Shown: in pieces, positions 27,706 through 37,187 of the stretch
Layout of the letters: the number at the start of each line of letters is the position of its first letter
How positions within the stretch are numbered: position 1 is the stretch's first letter
The notes under the pieces: model-generated
The model's input: only the letters and a program-made list of their open reading frames with translations
Databases searched by the model: none
What the model was told of the DNA's origin: nothing
Made by a program: the position numbers and the translations under genes
IMG/VR virus record: IMGVR_UViG_3300036851_000176
Location: 32,001-96,000 of that record
Source: a virus
Strand: one strand, 5' to 3'
DNA length: 64,000 bases

Positions 27706-30700
27706 TAGTTATCCTCCTCGGCTAGTTGGGCTGCGAGACGGCTCACGGAGTCGGCTCGGGTGACGGTGAGGGAGCGACGATCTTCCTGCCACTTACCTCT
27801 TAGAAGGATAGCGTTCCCCTCGGTCAGCAGATCCTTGTATCGGCTCAATTGCTCGGACCAGAACACCGTCTCAATGTCCTGCCCGTCGAACCACAGGCGG
27901 ACGAACGCATAGGGGTCGCCCTTCTTCGTCTTCTTGCGCTTGACTTCGACGACCTCACCGGCGACGTTCACGCGCTGGCCGTCCTCTGCCTCGTCCAGAA
28001 TGTCGAGGAGGCAGAACTCGTCGAGGAACTCTCTGTACTCGGCCAGTTGAGACTTCTGGCTCGGGGAGAATCCGAGCAGGTTGCGCTCGTACTCGCCCTT
28101 CACTTCGTCGTGCATGCCGTCGCGCTGGCCGTCGAAGTCGAATGCTCCGCAGTCGATGAGCGACTGCCGAACTCGCGAATTGATCATGCGCTTGGCTTTG
28201 GCGGCGGCGATCTTCTCGTCAAACTCTTCGAGATTGGCGAAGGGACGAAGTTCCATGATCTTGCTGGCAGCGGTGTCTCCGACGTTCTGGATCCCCAGCA
28301 GTCCGAATCGGATGCTGTCGCCATCCAGCGTGAAGCCGATGCCCGACGAGTTCACGTCCGGAGGCATGACCTCGATCTTGTACGCGCGCGCCTCGCGAAT
28401 CGCCGAGTCGGCCTCCTTCGGCTTCACGGTCATGATCGCTGCGTAATACTCGACCGGGTAGTGGGTCTTGAGCCACTGATCCTGGTACGCCTGGAGCGCG
28501 TAACCGGCGGCGTGCGCGCGGTTGAACGAGTACGTGGACATCTCCAGGATGTCGGCGAAGAGTTGCTTCGCATACTCGGTCGCGACGCCACTCTTCTTGC
28601 ATCCGTCCATCCAGATCTTCCGGAACTCCTCGAGCTTCTTGCGTCCCTCGATGTCGCGAGCGACACCCTTGCCGACGACCTTGCGCGCTTTGTCCGCGAT
28701 GCCAGGGTCCACGCCCGCGAGCACGATGAAGAGCATCATCACTTGCTCCTGGTACGTGATGACTCCGTAAGTGCGTCCGAGCACGCTCTCGGCCTGCTCC
28801 GGGATCTCGTACTCCTCCTTGCCGTTCTTGCGCTTGGAGAACTTGCCGATGTAGGCCATTGGACCCGGGCGAGCCATCGCGTTCGCCGCGATCAGATGCT
28901 CAATCTCTGTCGGCTTGATCTCTGCGGCAGCGCGCATAGCGGCGGGGCCAGCGAACTGGAAGATGCCTAGATTCGATCCCTTGCCGAATCTCTCGCAGAC
29001 CTCGCGCTCTCCAACAGGAGTGACGATCTCCGGGTGGGTGATCGGATCCTCGAAGTCCACGACGACTCCGTGGCGCTCTTTGATGAACTCGATGCACTTC
29101 TGCTGGATCGTCAGCGCTTCTGTCACCAGCATGTCGATCTTGAGGAAGCCGTAGGTCGCGATCAGTTCGTTGTTCGCTCGCGCGCTCCACTGAGTCACGG
29201 CCTCCTGACCCTTGGTCTCGTCGGAATCGCCGCGCATCGACTTGAGGCCAGGGATGCGCATCGTCGGCATCAGTTCGCGCACCGGGCCGTCCGTAACGAC
29301 CACCGCTGCGGCGTGCTTCGACATGTTCTTGATCTGTCCTTCGAGACGAGTGGCCGTATCCCATGCGTCGGGATGATCCTCCCGCCACTTGGCGACCCTC
29401 TCGTGCCCCGGCTTGTCTACGACATCTTCGAGCGTCGTGCCGATCGCCTCGTCATCGAGTTCTTTCGAGACGGACTCGCCCTCCATGTACTCGAAGCGGA
29501 ACACTCGGCCGAGATCTTTGATCACAGACTTCATGCCGAACGACTGGAACGCGGCCACGTCCGCGACTTGCTCCTCTCCGTACTTGTCTACGAGGTACTG
29601 ACGCACTTCGTCGCGCCGGTCAGCCTGAAAGTCGATGTCAACGTCCGGCATCTCCGCGCGCGCGTCGTTCATAAAGCGCTCGAACAGGAGGTCGTACCCG
29701 ATGGGATCGATCGCCGTGACGCGGATCAAGTACAGAACGAGCGAGGCCCCCGCCGAACCTCGACAGGGGCCGACTCGGATACCCTGGAGTTTCGCCCAGC
29801 GTACCATGTCGCCGATGATGTAGAAGTAGTCGAACGCGTCCTTGCGATCGAACATCGCGAGTTCGTGGGCCAGGCGCTCTTCGTACTCCTGCACGCCTTC
29901 CTTACCAATTCTGGTAAGCCCTTCACGGCACCATTCGGTGATCGTCTTCTTGGCGTCAACTTCGACGCGAGGGAACTTCGGCGCATCAGAGAAAGTGAAG
30001 GCGTCTACGCTCTTCGCGATGTCGAGAGAGGTCGCAATCCCTTCATCCACGTACTTCTCTGCGACACCCATGCTTGCGAAATGCTTGCGCACCTCCTCTT
30101 CGCTCATCATCCACTGAGTCGGATAGGCATAGTCGATCGCAGTCTTATCCTTGTCCTCTTCCTTCTCGGACTTCGTTCCCATGCTCGACCTCATCGCGCG
30201 CACGGCTCCCTGAGACAAGCGCCAGTCCTCGTCGGGGTAGTGGGCATCGCACGTCGCCAGCAGCGGAACGCCACGCTCTTGAGCCATAGAAATGATGGCA
30301 TCGTTGGCGATGTTCTGTCCGTCGAAATCGTGTGGCTGGATCTCCATGTAGAAGTCATCGCCGAACAGGCCGAGGAATCGGCCGAGGATTTCTTCCGGGT
30401 CGCCGTCGATGCGCTGCTCCCACGGCTGGAGGATCAGGCGGGGGATGTACCCGTTCACGCAGCCAGAAGTGCAAATGAGACCTTCCCGGAATTTGGAAAG
30501 TAGTTCCCAGTCAATGAGAGGATTCCGGTAGAAGCGATCGTGCTCGAAGCTGACGCTCGACAGCCGCATCAGGTTCTGGAATCCCTGCGCGTTCTTCGCC
30601 AACAACAGAAGATGGTGCCCGCGCGTCTGAGTCTCTTTCGCCCATCCCTGGTACGGCTCGAAGTACGTCTCGATGCCGATGATTGGCTTGATGTCCGCGT

Positions 30701-30866
30701 CGTCGCACGCCTGCGCGTGATACAGCGCACCGGCCAGGTTCTCGTGGTCAGTCAGAGCGAAGGCGTCCTGCTTGATCTCCTTGGCGCGCTCGGCGTAGTT
30801 CTCCGCCTTGCCGCAGCCGTCCAGGAGGGAGAACTCGCCATGCAAGTGCAGGTGGCAAAAACTCAA
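27705..30866 (-). CDS. dnaE: DNA polymerase III alpha subunit (DnaE-type)
   Basis: HLHLHGEFSLLDG, RGSAGASLV, LLFERF, PDVDID, KHAAAVV, YSFNRAH, C-terminal OB fold. Confidence 0.97.
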   Translation of the reverse strand: MSFCHLHLHGEFSLLDGCGKAENYAERAKEIKQDAFALTDHENLAGALYHAQACDDADIKPIIGIETYFEPYQGWAKETQTRGHHLLLLAKNAQGFQNLMRLSSVSFEHDRFYRNPLIDWELLSKFREGLICTSGCVNGYIPRLILQPWEQRIDGDPEEILGRFLGLFGDDFYMEIQPHDFDGQNIANDAIISMAQERGVPLLATCDAHYPDEDWRLSQGAVRAMRSSMGTKSEKEEDKDKTAIDYAYPTQWMMSEEEVRKHFASMGVAEKYVDEGIATSLDIAKSVDAFTFSDAPKFPRVEVDAKKTITEWCREGLTRIGKEGVQEYEERLAHELAMFDRKDAFDYFYIIGDMVRWAKLQGIRVGPCRGSAGASLVLYLIRVTAIDPIGYDLLFERFMNDARAEMPDVDIDFQADRRDEVRQYLVDKYGEEQVADVAAFQSFGMKSVIKDLGRVFRFEYMEGESVSKELDDEAIGTTLEDVVDKPGHERVAKWREDHPDAWDTATRLEGQIKNMSKHAAAVVVTDGPVRELMPTMRIPGLKSMRGDSDETKGQEAVTQWSARANNELIATYGFLKIDMLVTEALTIQQKCIEFIKERHGVVVDFEDPITHPEIVTPVGEREVCERFGKGSNLGIFQFAGPAAMRAAAEIKPTEIEHLIAANAMARPGPMAYIGKFSKRKNGKEEYEIPEQAESVLGRTYGVITYQEQVMMLFIVLAGVDPGIADKARKVVGKGVARDIEGRKKLEEFRKIWMDGCKKSGVATEYAKQLFADILEMSTYSFNRAHAAGYALQAYQDQWLKTHYPVEYYAAIMTVKPKEADSAIREARAYKIEVMPPDVNSSGIGFTLDGDSIRFGLLGIQNVGDTAASKIMELRPFANLEEFDEKIAAAKAKRMINSRVRQSLIDCGAFDFDGQRDGMHDEVKGEYERNLLGFSPSQKSQLAEYREFLDEFCLLDILDEAEDGQRVNVAGEVVEVKRKKTKKGDPYAFVRLWFDGQDIETVFWSEQLSRYKDLLTEGNAILLRGKWQEDRRSLTVTRADSVSRLAAQLAEEDN

Positions 30867-31177
30867 CGCTCTGGCTCCGGGGGAATGTCATGAGGGAACG
30901 CGACGTGACCAAGACGAAGAGAGCAACCGTCGTAATCACAAACTGCGCTCGCTGTATTGGAGGGGGCGTTCGCCCAGTCGCGAATGTCCTGAAAGATGTC
31001 GTGCTCTGGGTCGTCCCATGGGCGCTCCATCAGTTTCGCCAAGGGATCGTTGATCGGCACGGAGATCGTCGCCGTTCGCGGGCGAGTCAGTCCGCCCTCG
31101 ATCACAACTGCTTCCTCGGGGACGTAACCCATGAAGAGCGTGTCTCCGTTCAGGTTCTGGATCTTGACTGTGAGCAT
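30863..31177 (-). CDS. Hypothetical protein
   Basis: Start MLTVK; C-terminal C..C....GH...H. Confidence 0.7.
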   Translation of the reverse strand: MLTVKIQNLNGDTLFMGYVPEEAVVIEGGLTRPRTATISVPINDPLAKLMERPWDDPEHDIFQDIRDWANAPSNTASAVCDYDGCSLRLGHVAFPHDIPPEPER

Positions 31178-31626
31178 TACGCGAAATCCTCCTCTCCCCA
31201 CATCGACAAGTGGAGTGCGGGATCCGTCGGGTGAACCAGACGCAAGATGAGGATCGCGAACTCGAACCCACCGAGCATACAGGCGACCGAGCGATGGTTT
31301 CCGTCCATGATCGTATTGCCGAGAGCGGGAAGCACAAGAGCGATCTTCTGATTCTCTCCTTCCATCTCTGCGGCGAGATCAAAGACCTCCTTGCGCCAGT
31401 CCTGACCGAACAAACTCATGTCTCCGATCACTTCGTGCAGAGAGATCTTCTGGCCTCCATCGCCCAGGATGCCACCCTTCGTGACGACGATCTTCCAGTC
31501 TCCTAGAGCCTTTCGATCATCAACCACACAATGAGCCACGCGCCATTGTTCCGCTTTTGCGCGGTCCCAGTTGATCCGGGGCATGCACCCCTTGAACAGC
31601 ATTTCGAATTCTTCGATTGAAAGCAT
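31177..31626 (-). CDS. Hypothetical protein with ParB-like DGNHR motif
   Basis: IALVL...TIMDGNHRSVA. Confidence 0.6.
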   Translation of the reverse strand: MLSIEEFEMLFKGCMPRINWDRAKAEQWRVAHCVVDDRKALGDWKIVVTKGGILGDGGQKISLHEVIGDMSLFGQDWRKEVFDLAAEMEGENQKIALVLPALGNTIMDGNHRSVACMLGGFEFAILILRLVHPTDPALHLSMWGEEDFA

Positions 31627-31633
31627 GAGAAGT

Positions 31634-31661
31634 GGGAGCGGAGTCGTGACACTCCGCTCCC
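31634..31661 (-). terminator. Strong hairpin downstream of SSB gene
   Basis: Perfect 11-bp stem GGGAGCGGAGT/ACTCCGCTCCC, 6-nt loop; weak U-tract. Confidence 0.55.
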
Positions 31662-31674
31662 TGACGTGCCGGAT

Positions 31675-32433
31675 TTACTCTTCCTTCTTCTTGTTGCGCT
31701 TCAGGAAGGGACTCTCCTCGCCCTCTTCCTCGTCGTCGTCCGGAGCCTCGGCCTTGGACTTCTTTACCTGGCCCCAGTCCTCGACGGACTTCATCGCGAC
31801 GCGCGCGCTCAGGTCCGGCTTCTTCTCGACGAGTTCCTTGTCGTCCTTCGTGAGCGGGGTCTTGACCGCATCACCCTCGTCGTTGGTTGCCGGATTGAGC
31901 GTGTACGTCGTGTCGAAGCCGGTGCCGCGCCGCTTCACGACGAAGTCGCGGGACGTGAGATCCTTGTATGTCAGGTGCGCCTGTTCCAGAGCATCCTGGA
32001 TCGTGACCTGTCGGACCTCCCACACCGCGAGTTGGTCCTTCGTCTCGTCGGTGTCCTCGTACTTGTTCGTCTTCTCGTTCTTCTTGCGCACGGGACCGTT
32101 GCGCCAGAGGACGTTCGCGTACATCACGAGCTTGCGCTTCGCGACCTCGTAGTCCTCGGCGTTCAGTTCGCAGCCGGGGCACTCGGACCCGATGCGATTC
32201 CCGTCCTCGTCCTGATCGAGGCAGATCTCCAGCCTCTTCGGACGCTTCGGCTTCAGCGGCTCCAGTTCGTGGAAGTACGCGGAGTTGGTCAGGATCGTCT
32301 CGATGTCTTCGAGAATCCTGATCTGCTCCTCTCCATCCTCGGGGACGCGGAAGAAATTGCCTCCTCCGCCGCTCGCTGCTGCCCTGGCGCGACGCTCTTC
32401 CTGAGCACCGCGCAACTTCGCAAGTCCACTCAC
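31675..32433 (-). CDS. Single-stranded DNA-binding protein (gp32-like)
   Basis: FFRV.EDGE.QIRIL, C...CPGC, DF.VKRRG.GFDT.Y, acidic tail; GTG start with AGGAAGGAG RBS. Confidence 0.8.
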   Translation of the reverse strand: MSGLAKLRGAQEERRARAAASGGGGNFFRVPEDGEEQIRILEDIETILTNSAYFHELEPLKPKRPKRLEICLDQDEDGNRIGSECPGCELNAEDYEVAKRKLVMYANVLWRNGPVRKKNEKTNKYEDTDETKDQLAVWEVRQVTIQDALEQAHLTYKDLTSRDFVVKRRGTGFDTTYTLNPATNDEGDAVKTPLTKDDKELVEKKPDLSARVAMKSVEDWGQVKKSKAEAPDDDEEEGEESPFLKRNKKKEE

Positions 32434-32477
32434 CTTATTCTCCTTCCTTTTCCTGTTTCCTTGGTTTACTGCCACTC

Positions 32478-33518
32478 CTAGGTGGCCCAAGAATTGTACC
32501 ACGAATAAGCCCCGTCAAGCCACTCGGCGACCTCCTCGTCGCTCGCGTCAGCGGGGTCGGAATCGCGCTCGGGAACGATCAGAACTGGCATCACTATCTG
32601 GATCATCTCAGCCGCGCGCTCTGCCTTTTCTTCCTCGTCGAAAAGCAAGACAACCTCGTCGGCTACGCGCGACAAAATCGCGACCTGAGCCTTGGACATG
32701 AACTGTCCAGACATGCCGAGCACTCGCCGGTGACCGTATTGCTTCATCGCCAGCCTGTTCAATTCGCCCTCGCAAAGGATGACTCGACCAGAGGTTCCCG
32801 GGATGTCGTGGATTCCATAGAGGGTCTGAGAAGCATCGAACGTGTCGAAGTTGTACCGGTCCTCCTTGCCTGGCTTGTTGCCGAGGAATCGGTACTTCGG
32901 CTTCGCCTCGGGCCACCAAGCGCGCCCCTTGAATCCAATCAAGCGACCCTCTTCATCTCGATACGGGATGCTAATCATCCTGAGGATCGGGTCGAACCCG
33001 ATCTCGGCATCTTCGAGAGTCTGCTTCGTGAAACCACGCTGGAACATGTACATCGACCACTTCGGAGGCGCCGTATCGTCCATAAGCATGGCATCCCACA
33101 CAGCCTCCCAGTCCACCGCGCGATCCTCCTGTTCCTTCTCGTCGATTGGAACGATCGCTCTCTTCTCGGCAGTCACGTCCTGGTTGATGATTTTCTCGTA
33201 GTCGGACCAAAGATCGATCGTGTCGATGAAAGACGTTCCGTAGCGCTCTCTGAGTGCGGCCTTCGCAAGGAAGACGTGGATGCCCTGCACCTTCGACCAG
33301 AATTCGATCGCCGTGCCGGAGTTGCCGCAGACGAAACAGTTGAACGTATACCAGCCATGCTTGTCCGCAGGGCGAAAGGAGTTGTTGCGGTTCCCGCTCC
33401 CCGGCTTGTGACCAGGGAACGGGCACTTGAACCAGACTTCGTCGCCTTCCTTCTCGATCTCGGAGATTCCGAGAAAGTCGAGCATATCGACGATGTCGAT
33501 CTTGACGTTGTCTGCCAC
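32478..33518 (-). CDS. DNA primase
   Basis: CPFPGH..CFVCG zinc finger, GFKGR, KY, TOPRIM CEGE, FD. Confidence 0.92.
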   Translation of the reverse strand: MADNVKIDIVDMLDFLGISEIEKEGDEVWFKCPFPGHKPGSGNRNNSFRPADKHGWYTFNCFVCGNSGTAIEFWSKVQGIHVFLAKAALRERYGTSFIDTIDLWSDYEKIINQDVTAEKRAIVPIDEKEQEDRAVDWEAVWDAMLMDDTAPPKWSMYMFQRGFTKQTLEDAEIGFDPILRMISIPYRDEEGRLIGFKGRAWWPEAKPKYRFLGNKPGKEDRYNFDTFDASQTLYGIHDIPGTSGRVILCEGELNRLAMKQYGHRRVLGMSGQFMSKAQVAILSRVADEVVLLFDEEEKAERAAEMIQIVMPVLIVPERDSDPADASDEEVAEWLDGAYSWYNSWAT

Positions 33519-34912
33519 TAGGAGACGATTTCTCCGGTAACTGCATCCACCGTCTCGTCGCCGACCTGAACGAGTTCACCGCGAGCGGCCGTGCCGAGTT
33601 TGTACGCGGCCTTCTTGTTGTCCGGGTCAGGCGCCGCCTCGGCCTCCGCCAGTTTGGTCGCCTCGCGAGTCTTGCGGATTTGCTCCATCATGTAATTGTC
33701 GGCGAACCGCATCTTCTTCATGTCCCAGTAGACCTCGGTGTCGAGAATCTCTCCGTCGCGGTTCTTGAGCAGTTTCACGTCCATGATGTTCTGATCGCGA
33801 TCCTCGTCCTCCTGATGAAGACCGATCACGATGTCGGCGTCCGCTCCGATCGAATACGATCCGCCGATGTTGTCCATCTGGGCGCCCTCTTTAGCCGACG
33901 ATCGATTCGTCTGACTGATCGCCAGGATTGGGGTTCCGGTCCGGAGAGCGATCTGCTTGAGGGATCGAGTCAGTGTTGTGAGATTCGCCCACCGCTGCTC
34001 GTCTGCTCTGTTGCTGCTCTCCATGAGCGTGAGGTAGTCGATCGCACACACGTCGGGCCTGTGCTTGAGGATCTCTCCGTGGACACGCTCCGAGGTCCAC
34101 GAACCTCCGTCCGAGACGACGATGATCTCTCGCTGAGATGCAGCCTCTTTCGCCTCCTTGGCCCATGCTCGCCAGCGCTTGATCTCCTCGTCAGTGAGGT
34201 TCAGCATCTTCAGGTGACGGTACGACGCGAACTGCTGGAACATCTGATCCCACTTGCGCATCAGAGCTTCGGCGGTCATCTCCAGCGAGATGTAGAGACA
34301 CTTCTTGTCCTGAAGGTAGAAGTTGCTGAGGATCCATTGCACGAGCGTTGACTTACCTGTGCCCTGCCAGCCGACGATGGCGACGAGTTCGTGAGGTTGG
34401 ATGCCGAGAGTGGCGTCGTCGATTTCCGGAATGCCCATCTTGATTCCGATGTAGGCATCTCCGGACGCGGCGCGCTCTTCGAACAGAGCAATGCGTCGTT
34501 CCGCATCGCTGAATCGCGACACCTCTCCGGTTGGGAGGATCTGCTTCAGTTCGCGCCCGTACTCCAACATGAGTTCGCTGAGACGACCGGCATAGGCTGG
34601 ATCGTTCGTTGCAGGTCCGAGGACTTCGCGGACGAATTCGATCGTCATGCGGCGCTCGACTGATTCGACGAACCGGTCCCGGATGTAATCGATCGGCTCG
34701 TCGCTCAACTCGAAGTTGAACTTGACGTTCTCCTGAATGGTCTGGATGGTCGGCTGCTTCGAATACTTCTCGGTGTGCGCGACCATGAAGTCCCAGCACT
34801 CGATGCAATCCTCGTGGATCATGAGGTCGGCGGTGAGTCCATCAGCGAGAAGATCGGACAGGCCCTTGCCCATATGCGCGACCTTGGAAACCAATGCTCG
34901 TTCTGCGTCCAC
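33518..34912 (-). CDS. dnaB: Replicative DnaB-like helicase
   Basis: GWQGTGKS, ISLEM, IDYL, SQTNR, DADIVI, KNRDG. Confidence 0.95.
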   Translation of the reverse strand: MDAERALVSKVAHMGKGLSDLLADGLTADLMIHEDCIECWDFMVAHTEKYSKQPTIQTIQENVKFNFELSDEPIDYIRDRFVESVERRMTIEFVREVLGPATNDPAYAGRLSELMLEYGRELKQILPTGEVSRFSDAERRIALFEERAASGDAYIGIKMGIPEIDDATLGIQPHELVAIVGWQGTGKSTLVQWILSNFYLQDKKCLYISLEMTAEALMRKWDQMFQQFASYRHLKMLNLTDEEIKRWRAWAKEAKEAASQREIIVVSDGGSWTSERVHGEILKHRPDVCAIDYLTLMESSNRADEQRWANLTTLTRSLKQIALRTGTPILAISQTNRSSAKEGAQMDNIGGSYSIGADADIVIGLHQEDEDRDQNIMDVKLLKNRDGEILDTEVYWDMKKMRFADNYMMEQIRKTREATKLAEAEAAPDPDNKKAAYKLGTAARGELVQVGDETVDAVTGEIVS

Positions 34913-34941
34913 TTAAACGCTCCTTTCGGTCGGAAGGCTCG

Positions 34942-34971
34942 ACCATAGCGGCGACAGAAATTTACTCACAA
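34942..34971 (-). promoter_or_regulatory. Putative promoter of replication operon
   Basis: TTGTGA-18-TATGGT upstream of AAAGGAG RBS. Confidence 0.5.
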
Positions 34972-34979
34972 GTCCTTTT

Positions 34980-35215
34980 CTGAACTTTCGTGTCAGGTTC
35001 AGGACGCGTGCTCTTGCGTCGCCCACCCCGCTCGCAACGGGCTGGCGCCCTGCGAGCGCGGAGCCGCGACGCCGCACGCCTATCCCGCGCACACGCTCGC
35101 GCGGAAAGAGAGGACCGAAGTACCATCGGCAAGATCTTCAATCCTCCTGGCCCATCGACATCGCTCCCGTCGCACGGGACCAGTAAGCGGCCAGGTGCGA
35201 CGGGAGCGATACGGG
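34980..35215 (-). ncRNA. Candidate structured RNA or replication-origin element
   Basis: 16-bp perfect stem, ~85-nt rod and small hairpin in an intergenic gap; strand inferred from an upstream promoter-like sequence. Confidence 0.4.
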
Positions 35216-35223
35216 CGTGCGCG

Positions 35224-35253
35224 CGTATAGCAGGAAATTCACGGTCTGCGCAA
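35224..35253 (-). promoter_or_regulatory. Putative promoter
   Basis: TTGCGC-18-TATACG with TGc extension. Confidence 0.4.
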
Positions 35254-35259
35254 GTCCTG

Positions 35260-35505
35260 CTATTTCGCCGAGTTTTCGACCATTTCGAGTACGTTCTCCC
35301 GGAAGTATTCCTTCATCCAGGATTCGACCGTCGCCGCGTTTTCCCGAATCCCAGCTGCGATCGTGTCGGGATCATCCTCGACGAAGCGAGTTACGCTTGC
35401 GCCGTAGGTGACGTTCGAGTAGTTCGCCAGACCGACCTTCTCTTCCAAGTGGGTCTGGACCTTCGCGAGCGGTTTCCCGTCCGCTCCTTCTGGCACTTCA
35501 CTCAT
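35260..35505 (-). CDS. Hypothetical protein
   Basis: GGGAG RBS; EEKVGLANYSNV. Confidence 0.75.
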   Translation of the reverse strand: MSEVPEGADGKPLAKVQTHLEEKVGLANYSNVTYGASVTRFVEDDPDTIAAGIRENAATVESWMKEYFRENVLEMVENSAK

Positions 35506-35740
35506 TGGTATCTCCCTTCAGAAGATGTCTATTTTCTAGGTACCAGATGATCTTGGGATTCTTCAGTTCAAAGTCCTTTAGATCCTGGATCGTGTGCTTT
35601 CGACAGATTCCATAACTGCCCTCCTGCTTCATCGAGACGTTACGACACCAACGACCGATCGAGCGATCGTATCGGCAGCACAGGAGTTTTCCGTTCTTGA
35701 TCTCTCGCCCGATTTTGTCCACCTTTGGCGACTTCTTCAC
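35498..35740 (-). CDS. Small Cys-rich hypothetical protein
   Basis: CC...WC...CRKH putative zinc site. Confidence 0.65.
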   Translation of the reverse strand: MKKSPKVDKIGREIKNGKLLCCRYDRSIGRWCRNVSMKQEGSYGICRKHTIQDLKDFELKNPKIIWYLENRHLLKGDTNE

Positions 35741-35835
35741 GGCGCTGTCCAGTCGTTTCGGACGAACGCATCATGAGTCACCGGCATGACCTTGCCAAGC
35801 GTGATTGCCGCCGCGTTGGCGTAGCAGCGAATCAT
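35737..35835 (-). pseudogene. Displaced duplicate of the thyX 3' end (32 codons)
   Basis: MIRCYANAAAITLGKVMPVTHDAFVRNDWTAP aligns without gaps to ThyX C-terminus EIRVYANMAERVLERYMPVTWEAFVDNGCIAP. Confidence 0.85.
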
Positions 35836-36290
35836 CGAACGCTCCGATCCCGGCCCTTAGTGTTCAAGGTCTTCAGATCTGACCACAATCTTTCTCGCTC
35901 TGCGTATTGTTCGTCGGACAAGGGACCATACCCGTGCGCGGCTTTCAACTCTACGAACTCTCTCACCACCATCGCCTGCTTTGCTTTGAGAAGAAGATGC
36001 GGCTGAACCACATCCAAGAAGGGAATGATCCTTCGATCGCTGGTTGCCCATGCAAAGGCTGGAGCGTGTTTCGACGAGGCTTGGCGCGCGGTGTTGATTT
36101 TCCAACCGCCAAACTGCTCTTTCCAGATCTCAAGAAGCCACTTTTCCCGAATCGTGATCGATGCTCGGGCCTGAAATGTCCACCCTCGCTTATGCCCGGA
36201 CCCCTTGTGGCGAGCAATGAAAAGAGTCCCTTCTCCATCGAAGAGACCGGCGACATATTTAGGGTCAAGGGGCGATACATCCATTGTCAA
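35832..36290 (-). CDS. LAGLIDADG homing endonuclease (single motif)
   Basis: PKYVAGLFDGEGTL, FGG, FLD.V.PHL.LK.KQA. Confidence 0.92.
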   Translation of the reverse strand: MTMDVSPLDPKYVAGLFDGEGTLFIARHKGSGHKRGWTFQARASITIREKWLLEIWKEQFGGWKINTARQASSKHAPAFAWATSDRRIIPFLDVVQPHLLLKAKQAMVVREFVELKAAHGYGPLSDEQYAERERLWSDLKTLNTKGRDRSVR

Positions 36291-36939
36291 CGAACGCCTC
36301 CCAGGTGACAGGCATATACCTCTCTAGGACTCGTTCGGCCATATTAGCATATACCCTGATCTCATACATGGCCTGCTCTGCGGTACGCAGACTAAGGAAG
36401 TGCATGAGGGAGCGAGGATTGCATGACCAGTAGAACTTCGTGTAGGTGGCGACCGGAAGCACCATGCGCGCCTGTTCCTTGGCAACTCCGCGCTCCAGCA
36501 GGCGCTCATAGGTCGCGAACGAGTTGATGTTCTCTTGCTCCATCTCCCACTGAGAGATCATCGCTTCTTCGCGTTCAATCTCTTCGAACGTATATGCCCC
36601 AGGCTTGCCGGTCTGGACACGAATGTGGTCGGGGATGTAGAACTCAGGCTCGATCACGGAGTAGCGTCCGGACCACTCATTGTACGAATGGCCGACACGA
36701 TGACGGTGCCACTCGCGGGCGACGAAGAGAGGACACTTCACGATGAAGCGGAAGAATCCATGCTCGAATGGAGTCCCATGCCTATTCTTCATCAGGAACC
36801 TGATCAGACCCTCGTCCTTCTCGGTCATCTTGTCGCTTCCCTGATTCAGGCTGACACGAGCCGCGTTTACTACGGCCAGATCGCTCGCGCAGTGAGCGTC
36901 AAGTTCGAGCGATCCATGATCCAGTACGTTGAACTTCAC
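36265..36939 (-). CDS. thyX: Flavin-dependent thymidylate synthase
   Basis: AARVS, HGTPFEH, REWHRHR...SYNEWSGRY, NPRSLMHFLSLR, A.YEIR. Confidence 0.97.
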   Translation of the reverse strand: MKFNVLDHGSLELDAHCASDLAVVNAARVSLNQGSDKMTEKDEGLIRFLMKNRHGTPFEHGFFRFIVKCPLFVAREWHRHRVGHSYNEWSGRYSVIEPEFYIPDHIRVQTGKPGAYTFEEIEREEAMISQWEMEQENINSFATYERLLERGVAKEQARMVLPVATYTKFYWSCNPRSLMHFLSLRTAEQAMYEIRVYANMAERVLERYMPVTWEAFVDNGCIAP

Positions 36940-37187
36940 AGGGAATCGATCTCCTGAAGATCCTTGTGCAGTTTCCACTGGTCTTCGAGACTCACACCGG
37001 CGAGTTCATGACAGGGACGCGTTCCATATCGATCCACTGGTCCGCACTCTCCATCAGCAGAACGACAACCCTCTGGATTCGCGCGACAACAGCCGATCAG
37101 GAGATCAAACCCCTTCTCAGTCAAATCCTTCAGACCTCGACCTTTCGTGTACTTCGGGTCAGCGTATTGATCCGGGGGACTCTTCAC
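36936..37187 (-). CDS. Small Cys-rich hypothetical protein
   Basis: GTGA overlaps on both sides. Confidence 0.6.
   Translation of the reverse strand: MKSPPDQYADPKYTKGRGLKDLTEKGFDLLIGCCRANPEGCRSADGECGPVDRYGTRPCHELAGVSLEDQWKLHKDLQEIDSL

Noticed and set aside
27849-30503. Long + strand ORFs (373 aa, 489 aa; likewise 62051..63442)
   Set aside because: Antisense shadows of dnaE and MCP caused by high-GC codon bias; no recognisable motifs
17479-34912. Inteins in TerL, RecA, DnaE or DnaB
   Set aside because: Protein lengths are normal and no C...HN-C/S/T splice motifs were seen
34962-35126. 54-aa Arg-rich ORF in the intergenic region
   Set aside because: Atypical codon use and low-complexity product; better explained by the nested stems
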